From contig OZ286463.1 in the NCBI GenBank assembly GCA_965644265.1, positions 60,388,001-60,452,000 of the forward strand: a stretch of DNA of 64,000 bases, written 5' to 3'. Position 1 is the stretch's first letter. The number at the start of each line of letters is the position of its first letter. This DNA comes from Glycera tridactyla. Lineage: Eukaryota. Of the stretch, positions 61,360 through 64,000 are shown one piece after another. The position numbers and the translations under genes are program-made. The notes beneath the pieces were generated by a model, which saw nothing but the letters and a program-made list of their open reading frames with translations, had not been told where the DNA came from and did no database searches.

Positions 61360-63000
61360 GTCAGTCAGTCAGTCAGTCAATTAGTCAGTCAGGTGGGCAG
61401 TTAGTGAGTCAGGTAGTCAGGCAGGCAGGCAAGCAGGCAGGCAGTCTGTCAGACTGACAGTCAGCCAGTCAGTCAAGCAGGCAGACAGTCAGGCAGGCAG
61501 GCAGGCAATCAGGCAGGCAGGCGATCAGGCATGGAGGCAAGATAACAGACAGTCAGGTGAGCAGTTAGTCAGTCAATCAGTCAGTCGAGCAGGCAGACAG
61601 GCAGGCAGGTGTTCAAACTGAAGTAGGTAGGTAGGTAGGTAGGTTGGTGGGCAGGTAGGCAGGCAGGCAATCTGATTGATGGACATGCAGTTAGTTTGCC
61701 AGGCGGACAGACAGACAGACATATAGACAGACTGTCAGTAAGTAAGTCAGTCAGTCAGTAAGGTAGGCAAACAGGCAGGCAGGAAGATAGGCAGACCGAC
61801 ATTCAGATAGACATTCCGGGTGGCTGGCTGGCTGACAGGTAAGCAGGCAGGCAGGGAGTCATCAAAGTTGAAGTCAGTCAGCCAGCCAGCCAGCCACCAG
61901 CCAGTCAGCCAAGTCAGTCAGTCAGTCAGACATTCAGGTAGGTAGGTAGGCAGGCAGGCTGGCAGACAGGCAGGCAGTGAGGCAGTCAGTCAGTCAGTCA
62001 GTCATTGTAGTAGGAGTCAGTCACTCAGTCAGTCAGCTAGTCAGTCAGTCATGTGAACATGCAAGCATGCAGACTGGCAAGCAGGCTGACAGATGGGCAG
62101 GCAGTTAGTCGTTCGGTCAGTCAGTCAGTTAGGCAGACACGCAGGATGATAGTCAGTCGGTCAGTCAGTCAGTCAATTCGTCAGGTGGGCAGTCAGTCAG
62201 GCAGGCAGAAAAGCAGACAGACACGCAAGCAAGCAANNNNNNNNNNNNNNNNNNNNNNNNNNNNNNNNNNNNNNNNNNNNNNNNNNNNNNNNNNNNNNNN
62301 NNNNNNNNNNNNNNNNNNNNNNNNNNNNNNNNNNNNNNNNNNNNNNNNNNNNNNNNNNNNNNNNNNNNNNNNNNNNNNNNNNNNNNNNNNNNNNNNNNNN
62401 NNNNNNNNNNNNNNNNNNNNNNNNNNNNNNNGCCAGGCAATCAGACAGGTAGGCAGGCGAGCTGGCAGACAGGCAGGCTGTGAGGCAGTCAGTCAGTCAG
62501 TCATCGTAGTAGGAGTCAGTCACTCAGTCAGTCAGCTAGTCAGTCAGTTAAGTGAACATTCAAGCATGCAGACCGGCAAGCAAGTTAGTCATTCAGTCAG
62601 TCAGTCAGTTAGGCAGACACGCAGGATGATAGTCTGTCGGTCAGTCAGTCACTCAATTCGTCAGGTGGGCAGTCAGTCAGGCAGGCAGAAAAACAGACGG
62701 ACATGCAAGCAAGCAAGCAAGATGATAGATGGGCAGGCAGGCAGGCAAGCTGACAGTCAGTCAGTCAATNNNNNNNNNNNNNNNNNNNNNNNNNNNNNNN
62801 NNNNNNNNNNNNNNNNNNNNNNNNNNNNNNNNNNNNNNNNNNNNNNNNNNNNNNNNNNNNNNNNNNNNNNNNNNNNNNNNNNNNNNNNNNNNNNNNNNNN
62901 NNNNNNNNNNNNNNNNNNNNNNNNNNNNNNNNNNNNNNNNNNNNNNGGCAGTTGGTCGGTCAGTAAGTCAGTCAGTTAGTCAGGCAGGCAGGCAGGCAAG

Positions 63001-63052
<52 letters not shown>

Positions 63053-64000
63053 CGGGCAGGCAGCCAGACAGACAGCCAGGCAATCAGACAGGCAGGCAGA
63101 TGGGCAGGCAGTTAACCAGTCAGGATGTGAGCATGTCAGACAATCGGACAAAGAGGCAGACAGGCAGGCAGGCAGGCAATCAGGCAAGTTATCAGACAGG
63201 CAGACAGGCAGTTAGTCAGTCAGTCAGACAGTCAGCCAGGCTGACAGGCAGATGGGCAGGCAGTTGGTCAATAATCAGTCAATGGGGCAGGCAGACAGGC
63301 AGGTGGACAGGCAGTCAGTCAGTCAGTCAGTCAGTCAGTCGAGCAGGAAGGCAGGCAGTTGATTAGCCAATTTGTCAAGCAGTCAGTCAGTCAGGCAGAC
63401 AGACAGGCCACCGGCTAGTCAGTCAGTCAGTCAGCCATACAGACAGGCGTTCAAGTCCAAGGGGTTGGGTAGGTTGGTGGGCAGGCATGCAGGCAGGCTG
63501 GCAGGCTGGCATGCAGGCAGGCAGGCAGGCAATCTGATAGATGGGTATGCAATTAGTAAGCCAGGCGGGCAGGCAGACAAACAGAAAGACAAAAAGACAG
63601 ACAGACAGACAGACAGACAGATGGACAGACAGTCAGTCAGTCAATAAGGTAGGCAGACACGCGGACCGGCCGCCGGCTAGTCAGTCAGTCAGTCAGTCAG
63701 TCAGTCAGCCAGCCAGTCAGTCAGCCAGCCAGCCAGTCAGCCTGTCAGTCAGTGCATCAGTCACTCAGTCAGACATTCCAGTAGGTAGGTAGGCAGGCAA
63801 GCTGGCAGACATTCAGGCTGTTAGTCATTCAGTCAGTTGGTCAGTCAGGCAGGCAGACATGCACACAAGCTGATAGTCAGTCAGTGAGTCAGTCAGTCAG
63901 GCAGGCAGTCAGTCAGTCAGTCAGGTAGTCTGGCTGTCAGTCAGTCAGTGAGGTAGGCAGGCTGGCAGGCAGATGGGCAGACATTCAGGCAGTTAGTCAT
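61360..64000. repeat. Composite (CAGT)n/(GGCA)n/(GACA)n/(GTAG)n simple-repeat field with internal duplications
   Basis: Tetranucleotide runs. The block at about 61960-62236 is duplicated at about 62470-62715. Confidence 0.9.

Noticed and set aside
453-63115. Long ORFs in the track containing X runs (e.g. 453-1018, 7819-8363, 19549-20250, 54116-54737, 62053-62979)
   Set aside because: They are open only because they cross N gaps.
58534-63792. SQSV/RQAG-repeat ORFs and other low-complexity ORFs (also 8879-9481, 17380-18450, 23168-23740)
   Set aside because: They are translations of simple repeats lacking stop codons, with no independent coding evidence.

Overview
Eukaryotic, animal-like (probably invertebrate) repeat-rich scaffold with many N gaps. 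There is no prokaryotic operon structure, CRISPR array, rRNA or tRNA. The dominant object is a DIRS1-type tyrosine-recombinase retrotransposon at 24389-38296 (+) with both ends preserved. It has inverted terminal repeats, an internal complementary region (ICR), a long gag, RT-RNase H-methyltransferase-like pol and an overlapping YR frame with an intact catalytic tetrad. Its RT is split by a 6269-bp TG...CA insertion (28719-34987) with a 4-bp GACG target duplication and no long ORF, best read as a very large solo LTR. An inverted paralog of the DIRS flanks at about 965-1890 preserves the empty target site. It shows that integration used a 6-bp GTTCAA core shared by the target and the circle junction. 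The rest of the window holds a 5'-truncated LINE, a relic end of a second DIRS family, MITE/HINE-like repeats, micro- and minisatellites with higher-order structure, local duplications and decayed exon-like fragments. The clearest fragments are a chitin-binding-like plus transmembrane exon and an usherin/laminin N-terminal-like exon. All protein family calls are by eye from motifs; no database search was run.
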